64,000 nucleotides of DNA. Source: an uncultured cyanobacterium (lineage in GTDB: Bacteria > Cyanobacteriota > Cyanobacteriia > Cyanobacteriales > Nostocaceae). This document shows, in pieces, positions 53,077 through 62,950 of this stretch. Under the pieces are notes generated by a model. That model was not told where the DNA came from, did not search any database, and worked only from the letters and a program-made list of their open reading frames with translations. Location: positions 896,001 to 960,000 of the forward strand of contig CAVUDP010000001.1 of the NCBI GenBank assembly GCA_963740315.1, read 5' to 3'. The position numbers and the translations under genes are program-made. Each line of letters opens with the position of its first letter. Positions within the stretch are counted from its first letter, which is position 1.

Positions 53077-53268
53077 CTAAGAATTATCAATGAAACTATT
53101 ATGCCGTCTTCCGCTACCGCGATGATCTTTGCCTCGTTTTGGAGACTTATGCTGCTGTAACTGTTGGCGAAGATCAAATTGATTGCTTGCTATCTGTTGA
53201 GAATTTTGGACAAACGAAGGTGACGCTACTAAAATCCATAGCGGTAAAACAAAGTATAAAATTTTCAT
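53077..53268 (-). CDS. PatX-like secreted RGSGR peptide
   Basis: Hydrophobic N-terminus; P...HRGSGRR near the C-terminus. Confidence 0.75.
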   Translation of the reverse strand: MKILYFVLPLWILVASPSFVQNSQQIASNQFDLRQQLQQHKSPKRGKDHRGSGRRHNSFIDNS

Positions 53269-53982
53269 ATAACCTGAGTTTAGTTAAGGAAATTTGCTGT
53301 TAATACAACAAACTACATCCCTTACTATCTCGATTGCAAGTAAAATAGGATACATAGTCTTTTTTATTACCGAGAATAAATTACTTTTTGATAGATTTTT
53401 GGGTTTTGATAAGAGTTAATGATGCTGTTATGGCGATAGAGGCGAATAAATAAAAATAGTTAATTTTATGCACCACTATCCCTATTCTTGGAATATCTTC
53501 GTGAGAACATGATTTTTTGTGCGATCGCATATTCCGGGTATCAGCAGGCAAGTGCAAATCGGATATGAAATTTAATTTATTCGTTTGTACGCCAATTTTT
53601 GGAGACTTTGCAATGCAACGTCTCTACATTGTTATTTCAGAAAACCTTAACAAGTCTTTCGCTGTAGAGGAATTTTTTTGATTACTGGTTTCAACCGAAG
53701 AGCTTTCTGTTGCAGAATTTTTTGGACTACGGCAACTAATTGTAGAAAAAGATTTTTAAGGTTTCATTTGATATTAGGTGGATGTGAGTATTAAGACAGA
53801 TAAATTGATACCAAGACACACCTTTTACTTATGCTTTGTAGTTTTAATTATAAAAATCAAAAAAGTAATGATATCGGTTGCTAAAAGTACATAGTGAAAA
53901 ATTTTATAGGGTTAAAATCAAATAACTTTTAATTCCTAACTATTCATTTTTAACTTTGAAATTTAATTCTGGAGAAAAGAAT

Positions 53983-54837
53983 ATGCAAAGCGTTGTTGTT
54001 ACAGGCGTTTCCACGGGTATTGGTTGGGGTACGCTGAAAGTACTAACCAGTAAAGGAATTCATGTATTTGGTAGCGTTCGTAAATCTGAAGATGGAGAAC
54101 GTTTAACTAAGGAGTTTGGCGATAAATTTACACCTTTAATATTTGATGTTACGAATGAAGAATCGGTACGTGAAGCTGCGGATAAAGTTAGCGATCGCAT
54201 TAATGGTAATAACTTACTTGGTTTAGTAAATAACGCGGGTATTGCAAAAGGTGGACCTTTGATGCATCAACCGATCGCGGAATTTAGCAAACAAATTGAA
54301 GTTAATTTAATCGGACAACTAATTGTTACTCAAGCTTTTTTACCTTTGCTCGGAACCAACTCTGCTTTTAAAGGTAAACCGGGAAGGATTATTAATATAA
54401 GTTCGGTTGGTGGTAAGATTGGAACGCCATTTCTGGGTGCTTATAGCGCATCAAAATTTGCATTAGAAGGATTTTCCGAAGCATTACGACGCGAACTGAT
54501 GCTCTACGGAATAGATGTAATTATAATCGGACCTGGTTCAGTAACGACACCAATTTGGGATAAAGCCGAACAAATGGATGTTTCTACATACGAAAATACC
54601 GAATTTGCAGCTTCAAGTAAGAAGTTTTTAGACTATGCGTTGGAAAAAGGACGCTGCGGTTATCCAGCAGAAGATGTAGGAAACTTGATTTTGAAAGCTT
54701 TGACAACTGCAAAACCGAAAGTTCGTTATCCCATTGTTCCAAATCATTTCTTCGATTGGACGCTTGCCACATTACTTCCCAAACGAGTCATCGATAATAT
54801 TCTTGCCAAGCAATTCGGGTTAAACAGCGAACAGTGA
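53983..54837 (+). CDS. Short-chain dehydrogenase/reductase
   Basis: TGVSTGIG, NNAG, YSASK. Confidence 0.93.
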   Translation: MQSVVVTGVSTGIGWGTLKVLTSKGIHVFGSVRKSEDGERLTKEFGDKFTPLIFDVTNEESVREAADKVSDRINGNNLLGLVNNAGIAKGGPLMHQPIAEFSKQIEVNLIGQLIVTQAFLPLLGTNSAFKGKPGRIINISSVGGKIGTPFLGAYSASKFALEGFSEALRRELMLYGIDVIIIGPGSVTTPIWDKAEQMDVSTYENTEFAASSKKFLDYALEKGRCGYPAEDVGNLILKALTTAKPKVRYPIVPNHFFDWTLATLLPKRVIDNILAKQFGLNSEQ

Positions 54838-54912
54838 ACAGTGAACAGTGAACAGTGAACAGTTAGCAGTGAACAGTGAACAGCGAACAGTGAACAGTGA
54901 ACAGTGAACAGT
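54830..54912. repeat. (ACAGTGA)n heptamer tract
   Basis: About 11 units between convergent genes. Confidence 0.9.
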
Positions 54913-54941
54913 AAATAGCAGATTGTCTTGTTTATGTATAA

Positions 54942-55289
54942 CTAGCGGCGGTAAGTACGGTAACGACATACGGTTTTGTAACGATAACCGTTACGGGTGC
55001 GGTAACGACGGGTGCGGTAACAGGTACGACGACGAATAACTCTAACCCGACGGCGGCGGCGATCGCGAACCCGACGACGAATAACTCTAACCCGACGAGG
55101 GCGATCGCGAACCCGGCGATCGCGATAACGACGAGCGAACAATTCTTCTTGAGGCAGTTCTGTTTGAATTTCTGCTACAGATTGTTGAGCAGTTTTTGAC
55201 AATAGGGCACTAGCTGGAGATGCCCCTGGCAATATAGCTGAAGCTGCAACTAATCCTAAAGCTGCAAATTTAACCTGTTTAAAGATCAT
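54942..55289 (-). CDS. Secreted Arg-rich small protein
   Basis: Signal peptide ending in ASA, acidic spacer, Arg-rich C-terminus with two Cys. Confidence 0.7.
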   Translation of the reverse strand: MIFKQVKFAALGLVAASAILPGASPASALLSKTAQQSVAEIQTELPQEELFARRYRDRRVRDRPRRVRVIRRRVRDRRRRRVRVIRRRTCYRTRRYRTRNGYRYKTVCRYRTYRR

Positions 55290-55665
55290 TATATTAAAAT
55301 TCAACGATACACAAGTATTTTTACTTATTCGGGACAAACTTTTTCGTTTTATTTACAAGTCTTATCTAGAAAAAAACCAGTATTGTGTATTCCATCCTAA
55401 CTGTAAAAACAACTAGATAAATGATTATTCCTTACTCAATTAATAAAGTTTTTATAAAAATTGCGAAATTTCACTGATATATAAATGAAAGGTAAAAAGA
55501 GGAGGATAATTCTTAACTCCTAACCGATCGTCTTTTAACTTTAGTCTCCCCCTCTCCCCATCTCCCTCTCTCCCCCTCTCCCCATCTCCCTCTCTCCCCC
55601 GAACCCCATTCTTTCTTCCCACAATTTGCAGTAAGCTGATATTTTATCCGCTCATCTACTCAACT

Positions 55666-56901
55666 ATGGCAACTATTAACGACAATTATTTGAAGCTAAA
55701 AGCAGGTTACTTATTTCCTGAAATTGCTCGGAGAGTAAACGCTTTTGCTGAAGCTAACCCCGATGCTAAAATCATCAAACTGGGAATTGGTGACGTTACC
55801 GAACCATTACCGCAAGCTTGTCGCACGGCGATGATTAAAGCTACCGAGGAAATGGGCAACCGAGAAACTTTTAAAGGTTACGGTCCCGAACAAGGTTATG
55901 CTTGGTTAAGAGAAAAGATTGCACAACAAGATTTCCAGGCGCGGGGATGCGAAATTGACGCTGACGAAATCTTTATTTCTGATGGTTCTAAGTGCGATAC
56001 GGGTAATATTCTCGATATTTTTGGTAAAAATAATACTATCGCAGTCACCGACCCAGTTTACCCTGTTTATGTTGACACTAACGTCATGGCAGGTAATACG
56101 GGAGATGCAAAAAAAAGCGGTGAATATGAAGGGCTAGTATATTTACCAGTCACGGCTGAAAACAATTTTACCGCTCAAATACCTTCTCAAAAAGTCGATC
56201 TAATCTACCTTTGCTTTCCCAACAATCCCACCGGAGCGACAGCTAGTAAAGAAAATTTGCAAGCTTGGGTAGATTACGCCTTATCTAATAACTCAATCAT
56301 CTTCTTCGACGCAGCTTACGAAGCCTATATCACCGACTCCTCAATTCCCCACTCGATTTATGAAATTGAAGGAGCCAGAGATTGCGCGATCGAATTCCGT
56401 TCTTTCTCTAAAAACGCAGGCTTTACCGGAACCCGTTGCGCGTTAACAGTAGTTCCCAAAACACTTACCGCGAAAGCATCCGACGGTTCCGATGTCGAAT
56501 TATGGAAACTGTGGAATCGTCGTCAATCAACCAAATTTAACGGCGTATCTTATATAGTACAGCGCGGTGCGGAAGCGGTTTATTCCAAAGAAGGGCAAGA
56601 GCAAATTAGACAACTGATTGGCTTTTACTTAGAAAACGCCAAAATTATCCGCGAAAAACTCACCGCCGCAGGATTGCAGGTTTACGGTGGAGTTAACGCA
56701 CCTTACGTTTGGGTGAAAACACCTTTAGGATTAAGCAGTTGGGACTTCTTCGACAAATTAGTCAATACTTGCAATGTAATAGGAACACCCGGTTCCGGCT
56801 TTGGTGCTGCGGGTGAAGGTTATTTCCGTATTTCAGCTTTTAATAGCAGAGAAAATGTAGAAGAAGCAATGAAGCGAATTACCGATAAATTTAAAGTTTA
56901 A
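55666..56901 (+). CDS. dapL: LL-diaminopimelate aminotransferase
   Basis: [36 protein letters not shown]. Confidence 0.97.
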   Translation: MATINDNYLKLKAGYLFPEIARRVNAFAEANPDAKIIKLGIGDVTEPLPQACRTAMIKATEEMGNRETFKGYGPEQGYAWLREKIAQQDFQARGCEIDADEIFISDGSKCDTGNILDIFGKNNTIAVTDPVYPVYVDTNVMAGNTGDAKKSGEYEGLVYLPVTAENNFTAQIPSQKVDLIYLCFPNNPTGATASKENLQAWVDYALSNNSIIFFDAAYEAYITDSSIPHSIYEIEGARDCAIEFRSFSKNAGFTGTRCALTVVPKTLTAKASDGSDVELWKLWNRRQSTKFNGVSYIVQRGAEAVYSKEGQEQIRQLIGFYLENAKIIREKLTAAGLQVYGGVNAPYVWVKTPLGLSSWDFFDKLVNTCNVIGTPGSGFGAAGEGYFRISAFNSRENVEEAMKRITDKFKV

Positions 56902-56954
56902 AGTTTAAAGTTTAGAAACATTAGTCAGGCATTTTGCCTGACTATGATTATGAT

Positions 56955-57197
56955 ATGAAAGATCAAGAATTATTAGAAAGAATTGTCCTTAATTCCAAAG
57001 TGCTGGCAGGTAAACCAGTAATTAGAGGAACTCGTTTAAGTGTAGAATATATACTTAATATTTTAGCTCGTGGTGCAACAATTACAGAAATTATTGAAGA
57101 ATACCAAGATTTAAATCCTGAAGATATTCAAGCCTGTATTTTGTTTGCAAGTAAATCTCTATCGAATGCAACATTTATGCCATTCGCGATCGGCTAA
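56955..57197 (+). CDS. DUF433-family antitoxin-like protein
   Basis: GKPVIRGTRLSVEYIL, EEYQDLNPEDIQAC. Confidence 0.9.
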   Translation: MKDQELLERIVLNSKVLAGKPVIRGTRLSVEYILNILARGATITEIIEEYQDLNPEDIQACILFASKSLSNATFMPFAIG

Positions 57198-57220
57198 GTA
57201 ATAAGTATTAGGTAATCAAA

Positions 57221-57667
57221 TTGGATATTTATTCAATAAGTGCAATTTTAGAAAAAGTTGCAAATTGGGCGGAAATACGTTCGGAAATTTTAGCATTAGC
57301 TTTAGTGGGTTCTTATGCACGAGGTGAAGCAAAACCCAATTCCGATATTGATTTAATGGTTATTACCTCAAATACAGAATTTTTCCGTCAAAATCATAAT
57401 TGGATACATGAAATAAATTGGGAATCCATTAATTACAAAATTCTCACGTTTAATGATGCTCAATATGGTGTAGTCTGGTCAAGACATATATATTTAAGTA
57501 GTTTAAATAACGAATTTAACAATATAAAAGTTGAAATCAGCTTTGGTTTGCCTACATGGGCATCAGTTAACCCCATCGATTCGGGGACTTTTAACGTAGT
57601 TAGTCGCGGTTGTAAAATTATTTACGATCCACAAGGAATTTTAACTAATACCACACGGCTTAAATAG
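57221..57667 (+). CDS. Pol-beta-type nucleotidyltransferase domain protein
   Basis: GSYARG....SDIDL; last codons lie within a MITE. Confidence 0.85.
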   Translation: MDIYSISAILEKVANWAEIRSEILALALVGSYARGEAKPNSDIDLMVITSNTEFFRQNHNWIHEINWESINYKILTFNDAQYGVVWSRHIYLSSLNNEFNNIKVEISFGLPTWASVNPIDSGTFNVVSRGCKIIYDPQGILTNTTRLK

Positions 57668-57830
57668 CGCACCCATTTTTTTTATGCTCAGAAGTCGGGT
57701 TTTTAGAATACGTATCTGTAATACACTTACAAATTTTATAAAAACCCGACTTCTCAACCGCAGCGTCGCATGTCAAAAGTGGTCCTTATGTCCGGTTATT
57801 ATATGGGTACCTAACTTATGCCCGTCTGTA
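57649..57830. mobile_element. MITE-like element
   Basis: Imperfect TIR of about 28 bp, TACCACACGGCTTAAATAGCGCACCCAT / revcomp TACAGACGGGCATAAGTTAGGTACCCAT; internal palindrome at 57690-57754. Confidence 0.65.
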
Positions 57831-57922
57831 CTGTACTAGCTTGATGCTCAAAGATTAACACCGCAAAATGTTAGGCTTGTAGTTGCGATCGCCGCGCTAA
57901 AACATTTTAGTTTAGACAAAGT

Positions 57923-58411
57923 ATGCCGTCAAAACCAGACATAGCCTATATTCCCTGCAACCAAGAGATTGTAGAAGCCATACTCGAATTAGCCAAAATC
58001 AACTCCCAAGATATTTTCTACGATTTAGGTAGCGGAGACGGACGTATTTTAATCAGCGCTGCGAATAAGTATGGAACTCGCGGTATAGGTATCGATATTG
58101 ACCCTCAAAGAATTGAACAGGCAAGACAAAAAGCTCTAGAAAATGGCGTTTCAGAACAATTAGAGTTTTACCAGCAAGATTTATTTAGTAGTAATTTCGC
58201 TGATGCAACGGTAATATTTATTTATCTATTACCCCATCTCAACTTAAGATTGCGTCCCCAGCTATGGCAGCAACTCAAACCAGGTACGCGGATAATATCT
58301 CGCGACTTTGACATGGGAGACTGGCAACCATTACAACAGTTAAAGCTTACCGTAAAAGAAGAGGAAGATGAACTTGTAACTCTATACTATTGGGAAATCG
58401 GGAATCAGTAA
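57923..58411 (+). CDS. Class I SAM-dependent methyltransferase
   Basis: YDLGSGDGR, GIDID, LKPGTRIIS. Confidence 0.9.
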   Translation: MPSKPDIAYIPCNQEIVEAILELAKINSQDIFYDLGSGDGRILISAANKYGTRGIGIDIDPQRIEQARQKALENGVSEQLEFYQQDLFSSNFADATVIFIYLLPHLNLRLRPQLWQQLKPGTRIISRDFDMGDWQPLQQLKLTVKEEEDELVTLYYWEIGNQ

Positions 58412-58516
58412 CCTGTTACCAGTGAACAGTGAACAGTGAACAGTTATCAAGTTTTGATTGTGTATTGTACATTGTTCATTGATAATTGATAATTGATAAT
58501 TGTTGATTGACTAAAA

Positions 58517-58744
58517 ATGTCTATTTCAAAAACTGAAGCGAAGCAACTTTTAGAACGGATGATTTTTGAAGAGACTCATCCTCAAGATTGGGTACAGGAT
58601 GTTTGGGGATTAAGTCCATTGTTGGGAGATAGCGCTGCTAAATTATTTGAGGTTTTTGAAGCTTTGATTGAATGTTGCCCGGAAGGGCAATTAGAAAATT
58701 TATTGCAAAGCTATTATCAAGAAAATTTGATGACTGATGACTGA
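58517..58744 (+). CDS. Conserved hypothetical protein
   Basis: 75-aa ORF, DWVQDVWGLSP. Confidence 0.7.
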   Translation: MSISKTEAKQLLERMIFEETHPQDWVQDVWGLSPLLGDSAAKLFEVFEALIECCPEGQLENLLQSYYQENLMTDD

Positions 58745-58765
58745 TAACTGTTAACTGATAATATC

Positions 58766-59155
58766 ATGCCTCAAACCAAAATTTACGGTGTTTCCGAGTA
58801 TCTAAATCCGATTAAGAATCAACTTAGTACAGTAATTCACAGTTGTTTTATAGATGGGCTACAATACCCACCGGAGAAACGTTTTCATCGCTTTTTTCCA
58901 ATGGATAAATCTGATTTTATTTTTCCACCAGATAAAAGTCAGAGCTATCTAATTATTGAAATTAGTATGTTTGAAGGACGTTCTATTGAAGCCAAAAAAC
59001 ACTTGATTGGCTTACTTATTAAACGTATTAGCGAAAAATTTAGTATTTCTTTGAATGATATCGAAATTACTATCTTTGAAACACCTAGACATAATTGGGG
59101 TGTGCGTGGTGTTCCCGGTGATGAGTTGGATTTAGGTTACAAAGTGGATGTTTGA
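58766..59155 (+). CDS. Tautomerase family protein
   Basis: N-terminal Pro; IEISMFEGRS; NWGVRG. Confidence 0.88.
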   Translation: MPQTKIYGVSEYLNPIKNQLSTVIHSCFIDGLQYPPEKRFHRFFPMDKSDFIFPPDKSQSYLIIEISMFEGRSIEAKKHLIGLLIKRISEKFSISLNDIEITIFETPRHNWGVRGVPGDELDLGYKVDV

Positions 59156-59366
59156 AGAAGGTAACTTTAATTAAGACTTAGAAACACCATTAAGAGCTAT
59201 ATGATTTTATATTTTAATTTAAAATCTCCTATTCTCTATGCCCAATATGTAATTACCTATACCTGATTTATGAAAATTTAATTTAGCTTTATGAAATTTT
59301 TATCTGTTAAATCCTGGGTATACGATTATCCGTAGAAACAATGATTGTGCTAATTAAAGTTATTTT

Positions 59367-59588
59367 ATGACTCAGCATCAGTTTTTAGATCGGCGTTTTC
59401 AAGAATATAATGCAGCTTTGATGAAAGCGCTACAAAATTTGGCTACTCTGTTAGAAGCGGAAAAATGCTGGGAGCAAAGTAAGCTTATCGGAATTATGCT
59501 TGATGTTTTATCGGAAGTCGAAAATAAAAATGCACAGTCGATAGCTGCAATTGAAGAAGAGATTAAAAATTCTCTGTTATTAGACTAA
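59367..59588 (+). CDS. Hypothetical helical protein
   Basis: 73-aa ORF with ATG start; 9-nt tail-to-tail overlap with the next gene. Confidence 0.55.
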   Translation: MTQHQFLDRRFQEYNAALMKALQNLATLLEAEKCWEQSKLIGIMLDVLSEVENKNAQSIAAIEEEIKNSLLLD

Positions 59589-60437
59589 AACGGTAATAAA
59601 GTAGTCTATTAAATAGTCGAAGTAGCCCTTTAATTCATCAATTGCTTTATCTGATACGACAGCAGAACTTTGCCATTCGCTGATATATTTGCTTCTAATT
59701 AACTCGAATGCTTTCAAATATATTTCAACAGGGGGTTCGTAATGGGTAACTACTCCTTTATAAAGTAAACGGGGTTCAATTTCATTTTCCATGCAGCTAC
59801 CAATTAGTTTGAGGTATTTGCTGATATTACGATGAAATTCATCTAGATGAGGATGTTCCTGAGTTAATAATTCACAGGCTACTGCTTGCGCTAATTCTAT
59901 TCTATTAGCTAATAGCAATCTTCCCCCTTCTATACATCCAGCCCTTTGTGCTTCTAATGCTGGAAGCGATGCTGTTAATTGTCTTTCAAGATGTTCTAAG
60001 CAATAACGAAGTTTGTCTTGTCTTTCTTGAATTTCTTTGAGACTTACAATGCCAACATGAGATAATTTTTTATCTTCTAACTCCTTCAACAAGACTTCTA
60101 CGGTTGGCTTAATAATTTTAGACATAAAGTCTATCTGTTCTTGAATTACCTCTAAGATTTGATGACGTAGTTCGTAGTTAACTATTTTTTCTAAACGATT
60201 ATTTGTAGTTTCTTCCAAAGAATGAAATTGCTGTTGTAAAGAAGAAATCATCTTTTGTTGAGCTAATTCTGTCTGTGGCGAACTTTGATATAACTTGTTT
60301 TCCAAATGTTCTATTCTTCTTTGCATCTTTTTAAAAAGAGATGCATTTACCCAAGGGCTGAAGATAAATCCTGCGAATCCGTATAAACTTTTTCCCATCT
60401 TTTGTAAAACTCCCGTGTGATTAAACTTTCGATTCAT
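59580..60437 (-). CDS. Hypothetical coiled-coil protein
   Basis: 285-aa ORF. Confidence 0.7.
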   Translation of the reverse strand: MNRKFNHTGVLQKMGKSLYGFAGFIFSPWVNASLFKKMQRRIEHLENKLYQSSPQTELAQQKMISSLQQQFHSLEETTNNRLEKIVNYELRHQILEVIQEQIDFMSKIIKPTVEVLLKELEDKKLSHVGIVSLKEIQERQDKLRYCLEHLERQLTASLPALEAQRAGCIEGGRLLLANRIELAQAVACELLTQEHPHLDEFHRNISKYLKLIGSCMENEIEPRLLYKGVVTHYEPPVEIYLKAFELIRSKYISEWQSSAVVSDKAIDELKGYFDYLIDYFITVLV

Positions 60438-61163
60438 CCGGTTTAACAGTTTTCGCCGCTAAGTGCGGTTAATAAATTATTAAGCGTGAAGGTTGGGTTT
60501 AAGTCCCACATTAAGAAAATTAAAGGTATTAATTATACAATCTACGAAATGTTGACTGTTGCCTAATATTAACCCGCTCCATTTTGACAGCGAATAGTTA
60601 ACAAAAGCAATAACCGTAAATCACCAAAATTGTTCAGACTATTATTAGTTATTGGCGATCGGCAAAATAAAGCTGTATTTATGAAAAATTCTAGCGATAC
60701 TATATATAAATCGCAATCATACGGTTACTCACTCAAAATTGCTTTACCTTCCTAACGTATATTCTAGCAATTTAAACGTTTTAAAAGATTTAACTATACG
60801 CAATTTTCGCTATATGCTTCACTATAAAATTACAATTACTCTGTTTACAAAATATTTATTTTACCCCAACTACTTTCTCAACCTAATACTATAGATAGAT
60901 GCCACTAAAGTACAGTAATGTTATTTAATTAAAAAAAGATAAAATTAGCAGCAAATTCATCAAAAATTATTAGAATTCACTAAAACTTTTGTAAAAATTT
61001 ATATAACCTTTGAAAAAGTATTAGTGGGTAAAACCGTACAGAAGTATTAGCGTTTTCTACCCAAACAATCTCAGTTTAGGTAGATACAATTAGAGTATGG
61101 CTTAAGTAATGCTGCGATCGAGAAGAAATTCCCAAATAATCCAGCATACTAAGGGAGAAAAAT

Positions 61164-62027
61164 ATGGGAAATCAATTAAAAACAGCCGTTTTGCTAGCTG
61201 CCCTCAGCGGACTTTTGATAGCTATTAGTTATTGGGCGATCGGTGGGAGTGCAGGTTTAATTATAGGTATCGGCATAGCGGCAGTAACTAATCTTGTATC
61301 TTGGTATCAGTCAGATAAAATCGCTTTGAAGGCTTATCGAGCGCAGCCAGTATCGTCAAGCGATGCACCGGGGCTTTATCGGATGGTAGAAAGACTTTCT
61401 CAGAGAGCAAATATTCCCACACCAAGGATATATATAGTTCCCGGTTCCAATGCTAATGCTTTCGCTACCGGAAGAAATCCAGAGAATGCTGCGGTTGCAG
61501 TAACTGAAGGGATTTTAGACATCCTCCCAGAGGAAGAACTCTCAGCCGTACTTGCCCACGAACTTACCCATATTATTAATCGCGACACCCTCACCCAAGC
61601 TGTTAGTGCTACGATCGCCGGTGCAATTTCCTTTTTGGCGCAGATGGTAAGTTACAGTTTATGGTTTGGTGGAAATTCGCGGGATGGTAATAGAGGTGCA
61701 AATCCTTTGGGAATATTACTAACAGTTACCCTAGCGCCTTTAGCTGCAAGCGTGATTCAGTTAGCAATCTCTCGCACGCGGGAATTCTCTGCCGACGCAG
61801 GATCGGCTAAGTTAACGGGTAATCCCCGCGCTTTAGCACGAGCTTTGCAGCGGTTGGAAGCCACGGCGCGAGATATGCCAATGCAGGCAAATCCAGCTTT
61901 TGAGCCTTTGTTAATTATTAATCCTTTGAGTGGAGAATTTTTGGGTAACTTATTTAGAACTCATCCCACTACCGAAGCCAGAGTTGAAGCATTACTGAAA
62001 ATAGAACAACAATTAGCCACGATTTAA
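61164..62027 (+). CDS. htpX: Zinc metalloprotease HtpX (M48)
   Basis: NAFATGR, HELTH, SRTREFSAD, THP. Confidence 0.93.
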   Translation: MGNQLKTAVLLAALSGLLIAISYWAIGGSAGLIIGIGIAAVTNLVSWYQSDKIALKAYRAQPVSSSDAPGLYRMVERLSQRANIPTPRIYIVPGSNANAFATGRNPENAAVAVTEGILDILPEEELSAVLAHELTHIINRDTLTQAVSATIAGAISFLAQMVSYSLWFGGNSRDGNRGANPLGILLTVTLAPLAASVIQLAISRTREFSADAGSAKLTGNPRALARALQRLEATARDMPMQANPAFEPLLIINPLSGEFLGNLFRTHPTTEARVEALLKIEQQLATI

Positions 62028-62127
62028 TTAAGTCTCAAGGGTGAAGTTGGTTGAAAACCCAAGCAGCCAACACGCGGTCATAATTCATAATTAATAATTC
62101 CATAATTCTTTACGAGTATCTAAAATC

Positions 62128-62520
62128 ATGACAGATAACAACGAACAACCCAAAGTAATAGTAGAAATCAGCCCTCAAACCACCGAAATGGTAGAAAGCC
62201 AAATGGTTGGTGAAAGCCAGGATGTCAAAGATGAAACCGCAGCCTTGATTGAAGCACTCAAAAGACGCGCCCAAGCAGAAGCACAATCCGCTGGTACCCT
62301 TACCCGCGAAACCTACTTAAGTGCAGTACGTCAAGCGCGAGAAACAATCGAACAAAACCAGTTGATCGAACGCGCTCGCATCGAAAATGCTTTCGAGATG
62401 GTGCAAAACGAAGCAACTAAAAACTTTGATTCGATTATTGCAGAAGTACAAGAATTTGGCGATCGCTTACAAGCAGCAGCACAAGCAGCTTGGGATGTAT
62501 TCACAGCACCCCGTCCATAA
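62128..62520 (+). CDS. Conserved hypothetical helical protein
   Basis: 130-aa ORF, TRETYLSAVRQARE. Confidence 0.75.
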   Translation: MTDNNEQPKVIVEISPQTTEMVESQMVGESQDVKDETAALIEALKRRAQAEAQSAGTLTRETYLSAVRQARETIEQNQLIERARIENAFEMVQNEATKNFDSIIAEVQEFGDRLQAAAQAAWDVFTAPRP

Positions 62521-62576
62521 TTTTAGTAGTAATTAAAAAAATTAGTACGGCGTTGCGATGCAGCGTCCTTTTTTTT

Positions 62577-62720
62577 GGAGATGGGGAGAGGGGGAGATGG
62601 GGAGATGGGGAGATGGGGAGAGGGGGAGATGGGGAGATGGGGAGAGGGGGAGATGGGGAGAGGGGGAGATGGGGAGAGGGGGAGATGGGGAGATGGGGAG
62701 AGAGCAGGGGAGGCAGATGA
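62577..62720. repeat. (GGGGAGAK)n octamer tract
   Basis: About 15 units. Confidence 0.92.
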
Positions 62721-62950
62721 GGCAATTAATTTTTTTTTACAAGAAAACTAATTATTTATTTTCTTCCTCCGCTTCCTCCGCTCCCGGAGCTTCTTCCGCA
62801 ATATCACTCCTAACTCTTAACTCCTAACTATTTCCATGCCAATTCTCAATTTCTAACAACTAACAACGCTCCAACTAACCACCTTCCTCATATAATATTA
62901 AGGTTTTCACAAAAAGTTGAAAATCCCTGCTCGAATAAGAAGTAATACCT

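Noticed and set aside
53270..53560. DIF1 (TCCGGA) heterocyst promoter for the PatX-like gene
   Set aside because: Only an imperfect TCCGGG at about 53533; not supportable
53625..53770. Minus-strand reading ...STAKDLLRF as a small gene
   Set aside because: In-frame stop three codons after the ATG and ends in a REP-like repeat; at most a remnant
53983..54837. SDR next to the RGSGR peptide as HetN
   Set aside because: The position where HetN has ERGSGR reads KGKPGR; an ordinary SDR
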